Below the pieces are notes generated by a model, which was not told where the DNA came from, made no database searches, and saw only the letters and a program-made list of their open reading frames with translations. The position numbers and the translations under genes were made by a program. Shown here piece after piece: positions 54,763 to 64,000 of a stretch of 64,000 bases of DNA (its first letter is position 1; the number at the start of each line of letters is the position of its first letter). Source of the DNA: Nitrospirota bacterium (GTDB taxonomy: Bacteria; Nitrospirota; Thermodesulfovibrionia; Thermodesulfovibrionales; JdFR-88); the NCBI GenBank assembly GCA_014874185.1, contig JACWAF010000005.1, positions 18,655 to 82,654 of the forward strand, in the 5' to 3' direction.

Positions 54763-55625
54763 GAAAAAAACTTATCGTCAACGCGGACGGGTTCGGGTTC
54801 GGCAAGGGGGCCACCCGCGCCATACTGGAAGCTATAGAAAAGGGCGGCCCGATCACAAGCGTAAGCGTGAACGCCAACTTCCCGGAGGCGGCGATGGTGA
54901 CGGACCTGGCCCGGAATTATCCGGGGATAAGCATAGGGGTGCACCTGAACCCGATGGTCGGAACGCCCTGCCTGCCAGCGGAAGAGGTCCCGACGCTGGT
55001 TGACGGGGATGGCTGTTTCCACGCGAACAGGTTTCCGCTTCTGCTCAGGGACCGGCTCATTGACATGAAGGAGCTGGAGGCCGAACTCGACGCGCAGATA
55101 GCAAGGATGAAAGGGCTTGCCGGGGACAGGATATCCCACCTGGACTCGCAGGCGAACCGGCATCTGATGTACCTCGGGCTTTTCCTGAAACTGGCAAAGA
55201 AATGGAAGATAGAAAGGATGAGGAACAACGCGCCGGCCATCTGCCTGGAATGTGAAGACCCGGCCGGTTCCAGGCTGAGGGCATATATGTCCCAGCCGCA
55301 TATCTGGCTGGGACATGTTTACAGAAAATACCAGATGGGCAAGGCCTCGAAAAACGGCATGCGAATGGCCCAGAGGCTTGTGACCGTGGGCTACGGAAAA
55401 AACGGAAACAAGACCAACCCGGACAACTGGCGCAGGATTTTTAAGAACCTGCCAGAGGGAGTCTCCGAGATATATTGCCATCCGGCCTACCCGGACGAGA
55501 CCCTGCGGAAATGGGCCTCGTACTGCGAAGAGCGGGTGCTTGAGATGGGGATAATCTCGGACGGTTCGCTTGCCAAAATGGCCGACGGCTTCGGGATAAA
55601 ACTGATCAGTTTTTACGACATCTGA
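54759..55625 (+). CDS. ChbG/YdjC-family deacetylase-like protein
   Basis: LIVNADGFG, GVHLN, AQI, HLDS, E..CHPAY. Confidence 0.8.
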   Translation: MRKKLIVNADGFGFGKGATRAILEAIEKGGPITSVSVNANFPEAAMVTDLARNYPGISIGVHLNPMVGTPCLPAEEVPTLVDGDGCFHANRFPLLLRDRLIDMKELEAELDAQIARMKGLAGDRISHLDSQANRHLMYLGLFLKLAKKWKIERMRNNAPAICLECEDPAGSRLRAYMSQPHIWLGHVYRKYQMGKASKNGMRMAQRLVTVGYGKNGNKTNPDNWRRIFKNLPEGVSEIYCHPAYPDETLRKWASYCEERVLEMGIISDGSLAKMADGFGIKLISFYDI

Positions 55626-55627
55626 AA

Positions 55628-57064
55628 ATGGGCTCCGATTGGAAGATGGGTTTATACCGGCTCCTTCCGGTGCGGCTTCAGGAGGCCGCGCTGGCGTTTT
55701 ACGCGCGCGGTCTGGAGCGCCTTTATTACGGGCCTGGCTATGAAAGCTGGAAAGACCGGGCCAGAGAATGGAGGAGGGGGACACCTGATTCAAGGCAGGA
55801 CTGGATTCGGGAGAGGCTCTCTTATATAGTCCGGACCGCCGCCCTCAAGGCGCCTTTTTACAGGAAGAAGTGGAAAGGCATTGGCTGGAAGGAGATAGGC
55901 CGCTCCGGCCCGCTCTCGATCCTGCCCACCATTTGCAAACAGGAGATCAGGATGAACGAGGCCGCCTTTCTGAACGAAGACCGCAGCCCCAAATCCCTCT
56001 GGATGGAAAAGACAAGCGGCACCACCGGGACCTCGCTGAAGATATTCTGGCCGAAGGAGATGCTCCCCAAGTGGTGGGCCCTGGTGGAGGTGCTGGTCCG
56101 CAATGAGGCCGGTGTGGGCCAGGACGTGCCCCGGGCAATGGTGGGCGGCAGGCCCATTATAAGGGGAGATGCCGGCAAGCCACCGTACTGGCGTTACAAC
56201 CGGAGGTGGCGGCAGTTGTATTTCTCCAGTTACCACATCTCAAGGGAAACCGCGCCCCATTATATCGGGTCATTAAAAAAATACAGGAGCCGCTGGATGA
56301 CCGGATACGGTTCGGCAATAGCGGCCCTGGCCGAAAGTTCCAGCGGGGCCGGGCTGGCCCCTTGTCCCCTTGAAACCGTAATCGTAAGCGGCGATACCCT
56401 GCTGGCCGGCATGAGAAGGAGCATAGAGGCCTTCTTCCGGTGCAAGTGCCGCGACAGTTATGGCCAGGCCGAAGGCGTCCTCATGGCAATGGAATGCGGG
56501 ATGGGCCGGATGCACCTCCTTTCAATGACGGGGATTGCCGAAATCCTGAGGGAGGACGGCTCGCCGTGCGGCAGTGGAGAGGTTGGCGAGATCGTTGCGA
56601 CAGGCCTCCTGAATGACGCGATGCCCCTTGTGCGCTACAGGACCGGGGATTACGCAAGCTGGGCCGTTCAGCAGACCTGTTCCTGCGGAAACCCGGAGCC
56701 GGTAATAGAAAACCTGGAAGGCAGGGTTGACGATTACATCATCACGGAAGACGGCAGGAAGATAGGCAGGCTCTCCACGGCCATGAAGAGGAGCCCCCGG
56801 ATACATTCGTCCCAGCTTGTCCAGGACAGGCCAGGCCACGCATATCTCCTTGTGAGGCCGTCCGATGGATACAGGCACTCGCATGCCCTGGATGTCCGGG
56901 AGGACATCCTTCAGAGAATAGGCAGGTTCGACCTGGAGATAAGAGAAGTCCCGGAAATCCCCAAGACGCCCTCCGGGAAACTTGCACTGGTGGTCAGGCT
57001 TGATGAAAGGCCGGGCATGAAACCCGTTTACGAGAAATTCTTTAAAGGGACATGGAAGCCATAA
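55628..57064 (+). CDS. CapK/phenylacetate-CoA ligase-like adenylating enzyme
   Basis: TSGTTG, YG.AE, MPLVRYRTGD, GR.DD, TPSGK. Confidence 0.83.
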   Translation: MGSDWKMGLYRLLPVRLQEAALAFYARGLERLYYGPGYESWKDRAREWRRGTPDSRQDWIRERLSYIVRTAALKAPFYRKKWKGIGWKEIGRSGPLSILPTICKQEIRMNEAAFLNEDRSPKSLWMEKTSGTTGTSLKIFWPKEMLPKWWALVEVLVRNEAGVGQDVPRAMVGGRPIIRGDAGKPPYWRYNRRWRQLYFSSYHISRETAPHYIGSLKKYRSRWMTGYGSAIAALAESSSGAGLAPCPLETVIVSGDTLLAGMRRSIEAFFRCKCRDSYGQAEGVLMAMECGMGRMHLLSMTGIAEILREDGSPCGSGEVGEIVATGLLNDAMPLVRYRTGDYASWAVQQTCSCGNPEPVIENLEGRVDDYIITEDGRKIGRLSTAMKRSPRIHSSQLVQDRPGHAYLLVRPSDGYRHSHALDVREDILQRIGRFDLEIREVPEIPKTPSGKLALVVRLDERPGMKPVYEKFFKGTWKP

Positions 57065-58236
57065 ACAGGCCTGTTGCCGGGGAATCAGGCGACAGGGGGC
57101 GAATGCTGGAGGGGCTTCGCGTCATCATGCTCACATCGGGACATGAGGCCATGGACTCGAGGATATACGGGCGGCTCGCCCTGAGCCTTAAACAGATGGG
57201 CGCGGATATGAAAATAATAGGAAGGGGGCAGCCAGGAATAAAGGCCGGAGTGGAGATTATTGCGCTCCGCGGGTCGGGCTCCAGGCTGACGCGCTTTTTC
57301 GTGAGGCCCTGGAAATGCCTCTTCGCGATAAACGGCCTGGACCCGGATATAATACACCTGCACGATGCGGAACTCCTCATGATCCTGCCCTTTTTAAAGC
57401 TTTTCAAACCCAATGCGAGGCTTGTTTACGATGTGCACGAGGACTTCGCGAAACTTCTGCTTATAAGGGAATGGCTCCCGGAACGCGTAAGGAAGGCAGC
57501 CGGGGCCGCTCTGGATATCCTGGAAAAGAGGCTTGCCCTCCTGGCCGACGGCATTGTGGCGGTTACACAGCCCCTCGCCGACAAGTTCCCTAACCACAAC
57601 AGGATAGCGGCCTACAACTTCGTTTCGGACGAGTTCTTCCGGCGCGCCGGGGCCTGGTCGAAAAAACCGGAAGAGCGCAAATTCGACCTGGTGCATCTCG
57701 GCACGCTGAGCCATGAAAGGGCTGTTTTCCTTGCGAAGACCATAAGCGAGTTCCACCGGATGAAAAAAGGCGCGAACTCACTCCTTATAGGCGTGAGCGG
57801 CGAACTGGCCGGCAGGATCCGGCCCCTTCTGCCGGAAAACTGCACCCTGCTTGGCAGGATCGGCCATGAAGAAATCCCAAAGCTCCTTGGAGATTCAAAG
57901 GTCGGCATAGATGTCCATCCGTGGAGGAAACCGCACCTGGAAGTGGCCCTTCCGGTGAAGGTCTGCGAGTACATGGCGTCCGAATGCGCCGTGGTTGCCT
58001 CGCATATGCCGGTCCTTGAGAAAATGGCGGGCAGGCACCTCTCCGGCCTGAAAATAATAAAAGGCGGAGACCCCATGGAATATGCCCGCGCGGTCTCCCT
58101 GCTGCTTGAGAGGACAGACTCCGGGGAGGGCCCCGGGGCCGGACTGCGGGAGTTCGCGCTCAAATACATGAAATGGGAGCAGGAGGCCCTGAAAGTGGCG
58201 GAACTCTATTTGAGACTGAAAGGTGCGCGAAAATGA
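57052..58236 (+). CDS. Glycosyltransferase family 4
   Basis: H...D.RI, HLHDAE, YDVHED, PVK..EYMA. Confidence 0.85.
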   Translation: MEAINRPVAGESGDRGRMLEGLRVIMLTSGHEAMDSRIYGRLALSLKQMGADMKIIGRGQPGIKAGVEIIALRGSGSRLTRFFVRPWKCLFAINGLDPDIIHLHDAELLMILPFLKLFKPNARLVYDVHEDFAKLLLIREWLPERVRKAAGAALDILEKRLALLADGIVAVTQPLADKFPNHNRIAAYNFVSDEFFRRAGAWSKKPEERKFDLVHLGTLSHERAVFLAKTISEFHRMKKGANSLLIGVSGELAGRIRPLLPENCTLLGRIGHEEIPKLLGDSKVGIDVHPWRKPHLEVALPVKVCEYMASECAVVASHMPVLEKMAGRHLSGLKIIKGGDPMEYARAVSLLLERTDSGEGPGAGLREFALKYMKWEQEALKVAELYLRLKGARK

Positions 58237-59129
58237 AACGCCTGATAATCAATGCGGACGGCTATGGTTTCACGGCCGGGATAACCAGGGCGATAGAGGA
58301 ATGCGTCCGTTTTGGCACGGTGCGGAGCATCTCCGCGAACGTGAACTTCGTGCACGCCGACCGCCTCCCGAAGCTGCTTTCGGAATTCCCTTTTCTTTCT
58401 GTCGGGTGCCATGTGAACCCGGTGGTGGGCCGGCCCGTGCTGGACCCCGGAAAGGTCCCGTCGCTTGTAAACGGAAAAGGGGAATTCCTGTACAGGGATT
58501 TCGCAAGGGGCGTGAGGGAGGGCAGGCTGGACCTGCGGGAGCTATCCATGGAGATGCGCGCGCAGATGGAAAAAACGGCCCAGCTCGCCGGGAAGGCTTT
58601 TACGCACATCGATTTCCATATGGGCCTGCACCGGCTTCCAAGGCTCTATGAGGCATTCCTGGACGCTGCGGAAAACAGCGGCGTGAACAGGATACGCACG
58701 CACCGGTATCTGATGGGCATGGAAAGCCGCTTTCCCAGGATGAGGCATTTGGCCCACATGCTGGAAAGCCCCACGAGGCTGCCCAAATACATTTGGAACC
58801 TGTGGCTCAGGAAAAAGGCGAAGAGACGGGGCTTCGCCATGCCCGACAGGTGGGTGGGGATTACCAACATGGCCATCCGGCCGGAGAAGATCAACCTGCA
58901 AAACCACCTGATGATGCTCAGGAACCTGCCTGACGGGTTCAGCGAGTACGTCGCCCATCCCGGCTACGTGGACGACGAGCTAAGGCGCTGGTCAAGCTAC
59001 CTGGAACAGCGGGTCCGTGAGCTCAGGGTGCTTACGAGCGCCGAGTTCCGGGACGCCCTGGAGGACTTCGGCATCAGGCTGTCGGGCTATCGGGACATAC
59101 CCAGGAAGATATACAGGTTTGCCGCGTGA
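58233..59129 (+). CDS. ChbG/YdjC-family deacetylase-like protein, second paralog
   Basis: LIINADGYG, GCHVN, HIDFH, HPGYVD. ATGA coupling at 58233. Confidence 0.8.
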   Translation: MKRLIINADGYGFTAGITRAIEECVRFGTVRSISANVNFVHADRLPKLLSEFPFLSVGCHVNPVVGRPVLDPGKVPSLVNGKGEFLYRDFARGVREGRLDLRELSMEMRAQMEKTAQLAGKAFTHIDFHMGLHRLPRLYEAFLDAAENSGVNRIRTHRYLMGMESRFPRMRHLAHMLESPTRLPKYIWNLWLRKKAKRRGFAMPDRWVGITNMAIRPEKINLQNHLMMLRNLPDGFSEYVAHPGYVDDELRRWSSYLEQRVRELRVLTSAEFRDALEDFGIRLSGYRDIPRKIYRFAA

Positions 59130-60157
59130 TAAAATATACAAGGCTGAGCGTAGTAATCCCGTGCAGAAACGAAGAGGCATACATAGGCCGCTGCCTGGAG
59201 TCGATAGTGAAAAACGATTATCCTCCGGACAGGCTGGAGGTGCTGGTGGTGGACGGGCTCAGCACGGATAAAACAGTACAGGTCGCCTCCCGCTATGCCA
59301 GGGAATTCGGTTTCATAAAAATCATAGAGAACCCCGAAAAAACAACCCCCGCCGCACTTAACAGGGGCATACGGAACGCCTTGGGGGAATGCATAATAAT
59401 CCTTAGCGCCCACAGCGTGGTCGGCGCCGGTTTTTTGCGGGGGAACGCGGAGGGCATTCTTAATTATGATGCCGACTGCGTGGGCGGGGTGCTCCGCACC
59501 CTGCCGGCCTCTGACAGGCCCGTTGCCCGGTCGATAGCCATAGCGCTCTCCAATCCCTTCGGCATGGGAAACGCGCATTTCAGGATAGGCTCGGACGGGC
59601 CTAAGGCGGTGGATACAGTCCCTTTCGGCTGTTACAGGAGAACGGTTTTTGAGAAAATAGGGCTGTTCGACCTGGAACTGGTAAGGAACCAGGATGACGA
59701 ATTCAACATGAGGCTTGCCGGAAAGGGCGGAAAGATAATGCTTTTGCCCTGGATAACCTCAAGCTACTATGCCCGGGATTCACTGGGGAGGCTCTGGAAG
59801 ATGTTTTACCAGTACGGCTATTACAAACCGCTTGTCGCGAAAAAAGCGGGGGGCGTCCTCACATGGAGGCAGCTCGTCCCCCCCTTGTTCGTGGGCTCGC
59901 TGGCCGTCAGCCTGGCCCTTTCGCCCGCAAGCAGGGGGTTCCTCCTGCTTGCGGGCTGCATCCTGATGGCCTATATCCTGGTCAGTCTTCTTTTTTCGGT
60001 GCTGGCCTGTCTCAAGGGGAATTTGAAGGCCCTGCCCGCATTGCCCCTGGCCTTCGGGGCCATTCATTTCAGCTACGGCCTGGGTTACCTGAAAGGGCTG
60101 TTCGATTTTATGCTTGTTAAAAAACGGGCGGCAAAGGACCTGCCCATAACGAGATGA
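59126..60157 (+). CDS. Glycosyltransferase family 2 (ExoA-like)
   Basis: VVIPCRNEE, DG.STD, VDTVPFG, RNQDDEFN.R, C-terminal TM segments. Confidence 0.88.
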   Translation: MIKYTRLSVVIPCRNEEAYIGRCLESIVKNDYPPDRLEVLVVDGLSTDKTVQVASRYAREFGFIKIIENPEKTTPAALNRGIRNALGECIIILSAHSVVGAGFLRGNAEGILNYDADCVGGVLRTLPASDRPVARSIAIALSNPFGMGNAHFRIGSDGPKAVDTVPFGCYRRTVFEKIGLFDLELVRNQDDEFNMRLAGKGGKIMLLPWITSSYYARDSLGRLWKMFYQYGYYKPLVAKKAGGVLTWRQLVPPLFVGSLAVSLALSPASRGFLLLAGCILMAYILVSLLFSVLACLKGNLKALPALPLAFGAIHFSYGLGYLKGLFDFMLVKKRAAKDLPITR

Positions 60158-60843
60158 AGAAGGGCATCCTGGAGCACGGCCTCAGAAATATCGCCCTGTT
60201 CTCTTCCCTTACCGAGGAGGAACTGGACGAGATCGGCGGCAGGCTGGTCATGCGCTCTTTCAAGAAGAACGAGGTCATCCTGCACGAAGAGGACACCAGC
60301 CAATACATGTACATGATAATCTCAGGAAAGGTAAAGGTGGTGCAGATAAGCCGTGAGGGCAAGGAGACGATCCTGGCCCTCCATCAAAGCGGCGATTTCT
60401 TCGGGGAGATGTCCCTCATAGACGGCAAGACCGCTCCGGCCACGGTAATCGCAACGGAAAACTCGGTGATAGCGATCATCTCAAAAAAAGATTTCTATTC
60501 CCTCCTGTTCGTGCAGGAAAAGGTGCTTGTGAAACTCCTCCAGATATTCTGCGAAAGGCTCCGCGAGGCCTTCGAGAGGATACAGATACTCAGTTTCAGC
60601 AATGCGGCCCAGAGGATAAAGACCCTCTTCATCATGCTGGCGGACATGTACGGGAAAAGGGGCCCGAAGGGGATAAAGCTGGACCTGAAGCTTACGCATC
60701 AGAATATCGCGGACATGACCGGCATCACCAGGGAGACCGTGACAAGGATAATAAACAAATGGCAGAAAGAGGGGGAGATATTCATCAAGAACAAATTCAT
60801 TTACCTCAGTGAGGATTACATGAAAAAGGAATTCCAGATCTAG
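60154..60843 (+). CDS. Crp/Fnr-family transcriptional regulator
   Basis: GDFFGEMSL, LTHQ.IA...G.TRETVTR. Confidence 0.9.
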   Translation: MKKGILEHGLRNIALFSSLTEEELDEIGGRLVMRSFKKNEVILHEEDTSQYMYMIISGKVKVVQISREGKETILALHQSGDFFGEMSLIDGKTAPATVIATENSVIAIISKKDFYSLLFVQEKVLVKLLQIFCERLREAFERIQILSFSNAAQRIKTLFIMLADMYGKRGPKGIKLDLKLTHQNIADMTGITRETVTRIINKWQKEGEIFIKNKFIYLSEDYMKKEFQI

Positions 60844-60868
60844 CCCGTCATCTCCTCCCGTTTTCCCG

Positions 60869-60901
60869 AAAAAAGGCCCGCTCTTTAGCGGGCCTTTTTT
60901 T
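60869..60901. terminator. Bidirectional intrinsic terminator closing the island
   Basis: AAAAAAGGCCCGCT-CTTT-AGCGGGCCTTTTTTT between convergent genes. Confidence 0.85.
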
Positions 60902-60932
60902 GAGGCCCTTCAGACCTTTTCGTGAAAAGAAA

Positions 60933-61013
60933 GATTCCGGACAAGCCGGAATGACAACTGAACCTGACATCCTCACAGGAGGCATGCAGCTTCAATCATG
61001 AGACTCTTAATAA
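60933..61013. repeat. REP-like unit plus lone MITE end
   Basis: GATTCCGGACAAGCCGGAATGAC (60933-60955). 60991-61016 is 24/26 identical to 48569-48594. Confidence 0.6.
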
Positions 61014-61744
61014 TGGATTGCCTTGATTATGGCCTTTACGGAGCCCACCGGAAGTTCGCTCTCCAGCATCACCGGTATGCGCCTGTCGTCGTCCGTAAGC
61101 CAGATATAGACGTCGCCCTTCTTCAGAAAAATCCCTTCCGACTTGAGTATGGGCTTAATAAGGATGGTATTGAAAGTGCCCAGCCATGTGTTGACCTTTT
61201 CCTTTTTGAGGACTTTCACTTCCATGTCCCAGACCTTCTTGCTGTCGAATATCTTCAGGAAGACGGAATGGCCCACGACCAGGGGCAGGGTCCTCACATA
61301 ATAGAAGCCGGAAAGCGGGTCAAGGATATGCTGCGGTATCTTGTATTCGCCTTTTTCCTTGCTGCGGTAATCGATGTAGACCGCCTTTTCGTCCGAACCT
61401 TTCTGCGGGAAAATGACCTCCTTGTCGCGCCTGTGGCTCCCCTCCCTGAGTTTTATCCTGTACTTGATCGGGTAGAAGGAGGTCTTTTTGCACTCGCTCT
61501 CCACCTTGTCCCTGACCTCGTAGAAGAGCGATATCATCTTCGCGCTTCGCGCGACCGATGTGATCTTGAGGAAATTCTTGTCCGGCGTGATGGCAAGCTC
61601 CGAGGTGCCGGCGTGAATCCCGTTCCAGCTAAGCTGGTATTCCAGTATCTCTGGAATCTTGAACTGAGCTGAAGCCTGTCCGGGAATCGCCAAAGGGATG
61701 CTTAAGGCAAGGCAAAACAGCAGCTTCAAAAGAATATTTTTCAT
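61007..61744 (-). CDS. DUF3108-family exported protein
   Basis: Signal peptide, E.L.Y..SW.GI.AG, DPLS..Y..R, IWLTDD.RRIPV......VGS. Confidence 0.78.
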   Translation of the reverse strand: MKNILLKLLFCLALSIPLAIPGQASAQFKIPEILEYQLSWNGIHAGTSELAITPDKNFLKITSVARSAKMISLFYEVRDKVESECKKTSFYPIKYRIKLREGSHRRDKEVIFPQKGSDEKAVYIDYRSKEKGEYKIPQHILDPLSGFYYVRTLPLVVGHSVFLKIFDSKKVWDMEVKVLKKEKVNTWLGTFNTILIKPILKSEGIFLKKGDVYIWLTDDDRRIPVMLESELPVGSVKAIIKAIHY

Positions 61745-61770
61745 CCGGTGATTTATATTATACTAAAGCG

Positions 61771-62496
61771 ATGAAAATAATTCCTGCAATCGATCTTAAG
61801 GGCGGAAAATGCGTGCGGCTCCTGCAGGGCAGGGCGGAAGACTCTACGGTCTACTCCGACAACCCCGCCGAGACCGCCAAAAGATGGGCCTCTATGGGCG
61901 CGGAGATAATCCATATAGTGGACCTGGACGGGGCCTTTTCCGGCACGCAGGCCAACCTTGAAAGCATTAAAGCCATAAGAAAGGCCGTGGACATCACCCT
62001 TGAGGCGGGCGGCGGGATAAGGACCGCGGAGGCTGTAGAAGGTCTTGTCTCGCTTGGAATAGACCGTGTGATACTGGGCACCATAGCGGCCAAGGACCCT
62101 GAATTTACCAAAGAGATGAGTCACCGCTTCCCTGGCAGAATTATTGCCGGGATAGACGCGAAAGACGGAAAGGCCGCCATAAAAGGATGGGTTGAGACAA
62201 CCGGCCAGGATGCCCTGGAACTTGCCCGGAAGATGGAGGCATGCGGGGCCGCCGGAATTATCTATACGGACATATCAAAAGACGGCATGATGGCGGGCCC
62301 GAATATTGAAGCCACAAGAAGAATGGCCGCTTCCGTAAGCCTGCCCGTAATAGCATCAGGGGGCATCTCAAGCCTTAAGGATATTGAAAACCTCCTCACC
62401 ATAAACGGCCTTTGGGGGGCGATCACCGGAAAGGCCATATACTCCGGCTCGCTTGACCTAGCGGCCGCGATAGGACTCACAAAAAAGGGGCGCTGA
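61771..62496 (+). CDS. hisA: ProFAR isomerase
   Basis: [40 protein letters not shown]. Confidence 0.95.
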   Translation: MKIIPAIDLKGGKCVRLLQGRAEDSTVYSDNPAETAKRWASMGAEIIHIVDLDGAFSGTQANLESIKAIRKAVDITLEAGGGIRTAEAVEGLVSLGIDRVILGTIAAKDPEFTKEMSHRFPGRIIAGIDAKDGKAAIKGWVETTGQDALELARKMEACGAAGIIYTDISKDGMMAGPNIEATRRMAASVSLPVIASGGISSLKDIENLLTINGLWGAITGKAIYSGSLDLAAAIGLTKKGR

Positions 62497-63317
62497 TGCT
62501 GGCTAAACGCATAATCCCCTGCCTTGACGTAAAGGACGGGCGCGTGGTGAAGGGGATAAGCTTCGTAAATTTAAGGGACGCCGGGGACCCGGTGGACAAC
62601 GCCCTCTATTACGACGAGCAGGGCGCGGACGAACTGGTCTTCCTGGACATAACCGCATCCCACGAAAAGAGAAATATAATCCTCGACGTGGTCCGCAAGA
62701 CCGCCGAAGAGGTGTTCATGCCATTTACGGTAGGGGGCGGCCTCAAGACCCCTGACGATATCCGCGAATTATTGAAGGCTGGCTGTGACAAGGTCTCCAT
62801 AAATACCTCCGCTGTAAAAGACCCCGCTTTCGTCCAAAAAGGGGCGGAGAGGTTCGGCTCACAGTGCATAGTGGTGGCAATCGACGCCAAGCGGACCGTG
62901 GGAGGGAAGGGCGCTCCGCCGGAATGGGCCCAATACCACCCGGAACTCCTCATCCCGGAAGGGAAAGAGACCTGGGAACTCTACATCCACGGCGGAAGGA
63001 CCCCTATGGGTCTGGACGCTATAGAATGGGCAAAGTTCATGGAGCGGCTTGGGGCCGGAGAGATACTTTTAACCAGCATGGACAGGGACGGCAGGAAGGA
63101 CGGCTACGACATAGCCCTCACGAGGACGGTGTCCGAGGCGGTCACCATTCCCGTCATAGCTTCGGGCGGGGCGGGCACGCTGGAGCACCTTTACGAGGCC
63201 CTCTCCGAAGGCAAAGCGGACGCCGTGCTCGCGGCATCCATCTTCCATTACAGGGAGCATTCGATCAGGGAGGCCAAGGAGTTCCTGCGGGCAAGGGGCG
63301 TCCCCGTGCGGCTGTAA
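62496..63317 (+). CDS. hisF: Imidazole glycerol phosphate synthase cyclase subunit
   Basis: [45 protein letters not shown]. Confidence 0.96.
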   Translation: MLAKRIIPCLDVKDGRVVKGISFVNLRDAGDPVDNALYYDEQGADELVFLDITASHEKRNIILDVVRKTAEEVFMPFTVGGGLKTPDDIRELLKAGCDKVSINTSAVKDPAFVQKGAERFGSQCIVVAIDAKRTVGGKGAPPEWAQYHPELLIPEGKETWELYIHGGRTPMGLDAIEWAKFMERLGAGEILLTSMDRDGRKDGYDIALTRTVSEAVTIPVIASGGAGTLEHLYEALSEGKADAVLAASIFHYREHSIREAKEFLRARGVPVRL

Positions 63318-63382
63318 CCCCCGTCCCGCTTGATTTAAAGGGGGATAAATGGGGCTGCCGTTTTCTTTTTGAGCAAAACCTT

Positions 63383-64000
63383 ATGCTGATAGAAAAAGTC
63401 AGAAACACGATTCAAAAGTACTCGATGCTGAAAGGCGGAGAGAAGGTGCTCGTCGGGCTCTCAGGCGGCCCTGATTCCGTTACCCTCCTGGAAGTGCTTT
63501 ACCGGCTAAGGGAGGAATTGGGGCTTGCGCTTTGCTCCATCTATGTTGACCACGGTCTGAGGCCGGATGAAACGCCAGCGGAGATAGCGTTTGCAAAGAG
63601 GATATCAGAGGAGAGGGGCATCGGGCATTTTGTTGAAAAAATAGACGTCCGCGCCTATGCGGAAAGTGAAAAACTGGGCAAGCAGGAAGCGGCCCGGATA
63701 CTCCGCTACGAGGCATATGAGAAAGTCCTGAACCAGACAGGCGCGGGCAGGATTGCCCTGGGCCATAACGCGGACGACCAGATAGAGACCTTTTTCATGC
63801 GTCTTCTCAGGGGCTCCGGCGCGAAGGGCCTCACTTCCATTCCCGCCGTAAGGGGCAAGATTATCAGGCCCCTTATCGAGACGGAGCGCGCGGACATTGA
63901 GGATTTCATCCGGGCCGAAGGGCTGGACTATATAGTGGACTCGTCGAACCTGAAGACCGATTACACGCGAAACAGGCTGAGGCAATCGCTTGTCCCCAGG
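63383..64000 (+). CDS. tilS: tRNA(Ile)-lysidine synthetase (partial, runs off window end)
   Basis: Own translation: MLIEKVRNTI...VGLSGGPDSV, DHGLR, AR..RY, GHNADDQ.ET, IRPL, D.SN....Y.RNRLR. Confidence 0.92.
   Translation, partial: MLIEKVRNTIQKYSMLKGGEKVLVGLSGGPDSVTLLEVLYRLREELGLALCSIYVDHGLRPDETPAEIAFAKRISEERGIGHFVEKIDVRAYAESEKLGKQEAARILRYEAYEKVLNQTGAGRIALGHNADDQIETFFMRLLRGSGAKGLTSIPAVRGKIIRPLIETERADIEDFIRAEGLDYIVDSSNLKTDYTRNRLRQSLVPR

Noticed and set aside
62890-62975. Loop insertion of about 20 aa in HisF
   Set aside because: It falls in a variable surface loop and has no repeat or intein features.

Overview
Bacterial chromosomal window of moderately high GC. Gene content and repeat families suggest Nitrospirota or a deltaproteobacteria-like anaerobe (inference only). 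The flanks are housekeeping: tolC-like, queE, a CBS-domain tRNA nucleotidyltransferase, dapB, yacG, apbE, uvrA and a UbiA-family gene on the left; DUF3108, hisA, hisF and partial tilS on the right. Between them (about 13.1-60.9 kb) is a roughly 48 kb surface-polysaccharide island. It has a signalling front end (diguanylate cyclase, GGDEF-EAL protein, PAS histidine kinase, two paralogous sigma54 activators, a pseudo-receiver, a UpxY/RfaH-type antiterminator, a Crp-family gene), precursor genes (galE, glmS), nucleotide-sugar and C-methyl-sugar enzymes, Wzm/Wzt, glycosyltransferases, an O-antigen-ligase/Wzy-like gene and many tailoring enzymes. Best leads: (1) two exported proteins share an Fn3-like C-terminal domain split by a TM-basic-TM hairpin ending in an internal lipobox, a candidate undescribed sorting/anchoring signal; (2) a CapD/PglF dehydratase carries a cleanly inserted MshEN c-di-GMP-binding module; (3) a DUF1573-like secreted protein has an in-frame UGA and a SECIS-like hairpin (probable selenoprotein); (4) a readable cis-regulatory code of four sigma54 promoters, paired TGT-N11-ACA enhancers and a duplicated JUMPstart/ops-like element. 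No rRNA, tRNA, CRISPR array, transposase or integrase was seen. All family calls come from motif recognition by eye, not from database searches.
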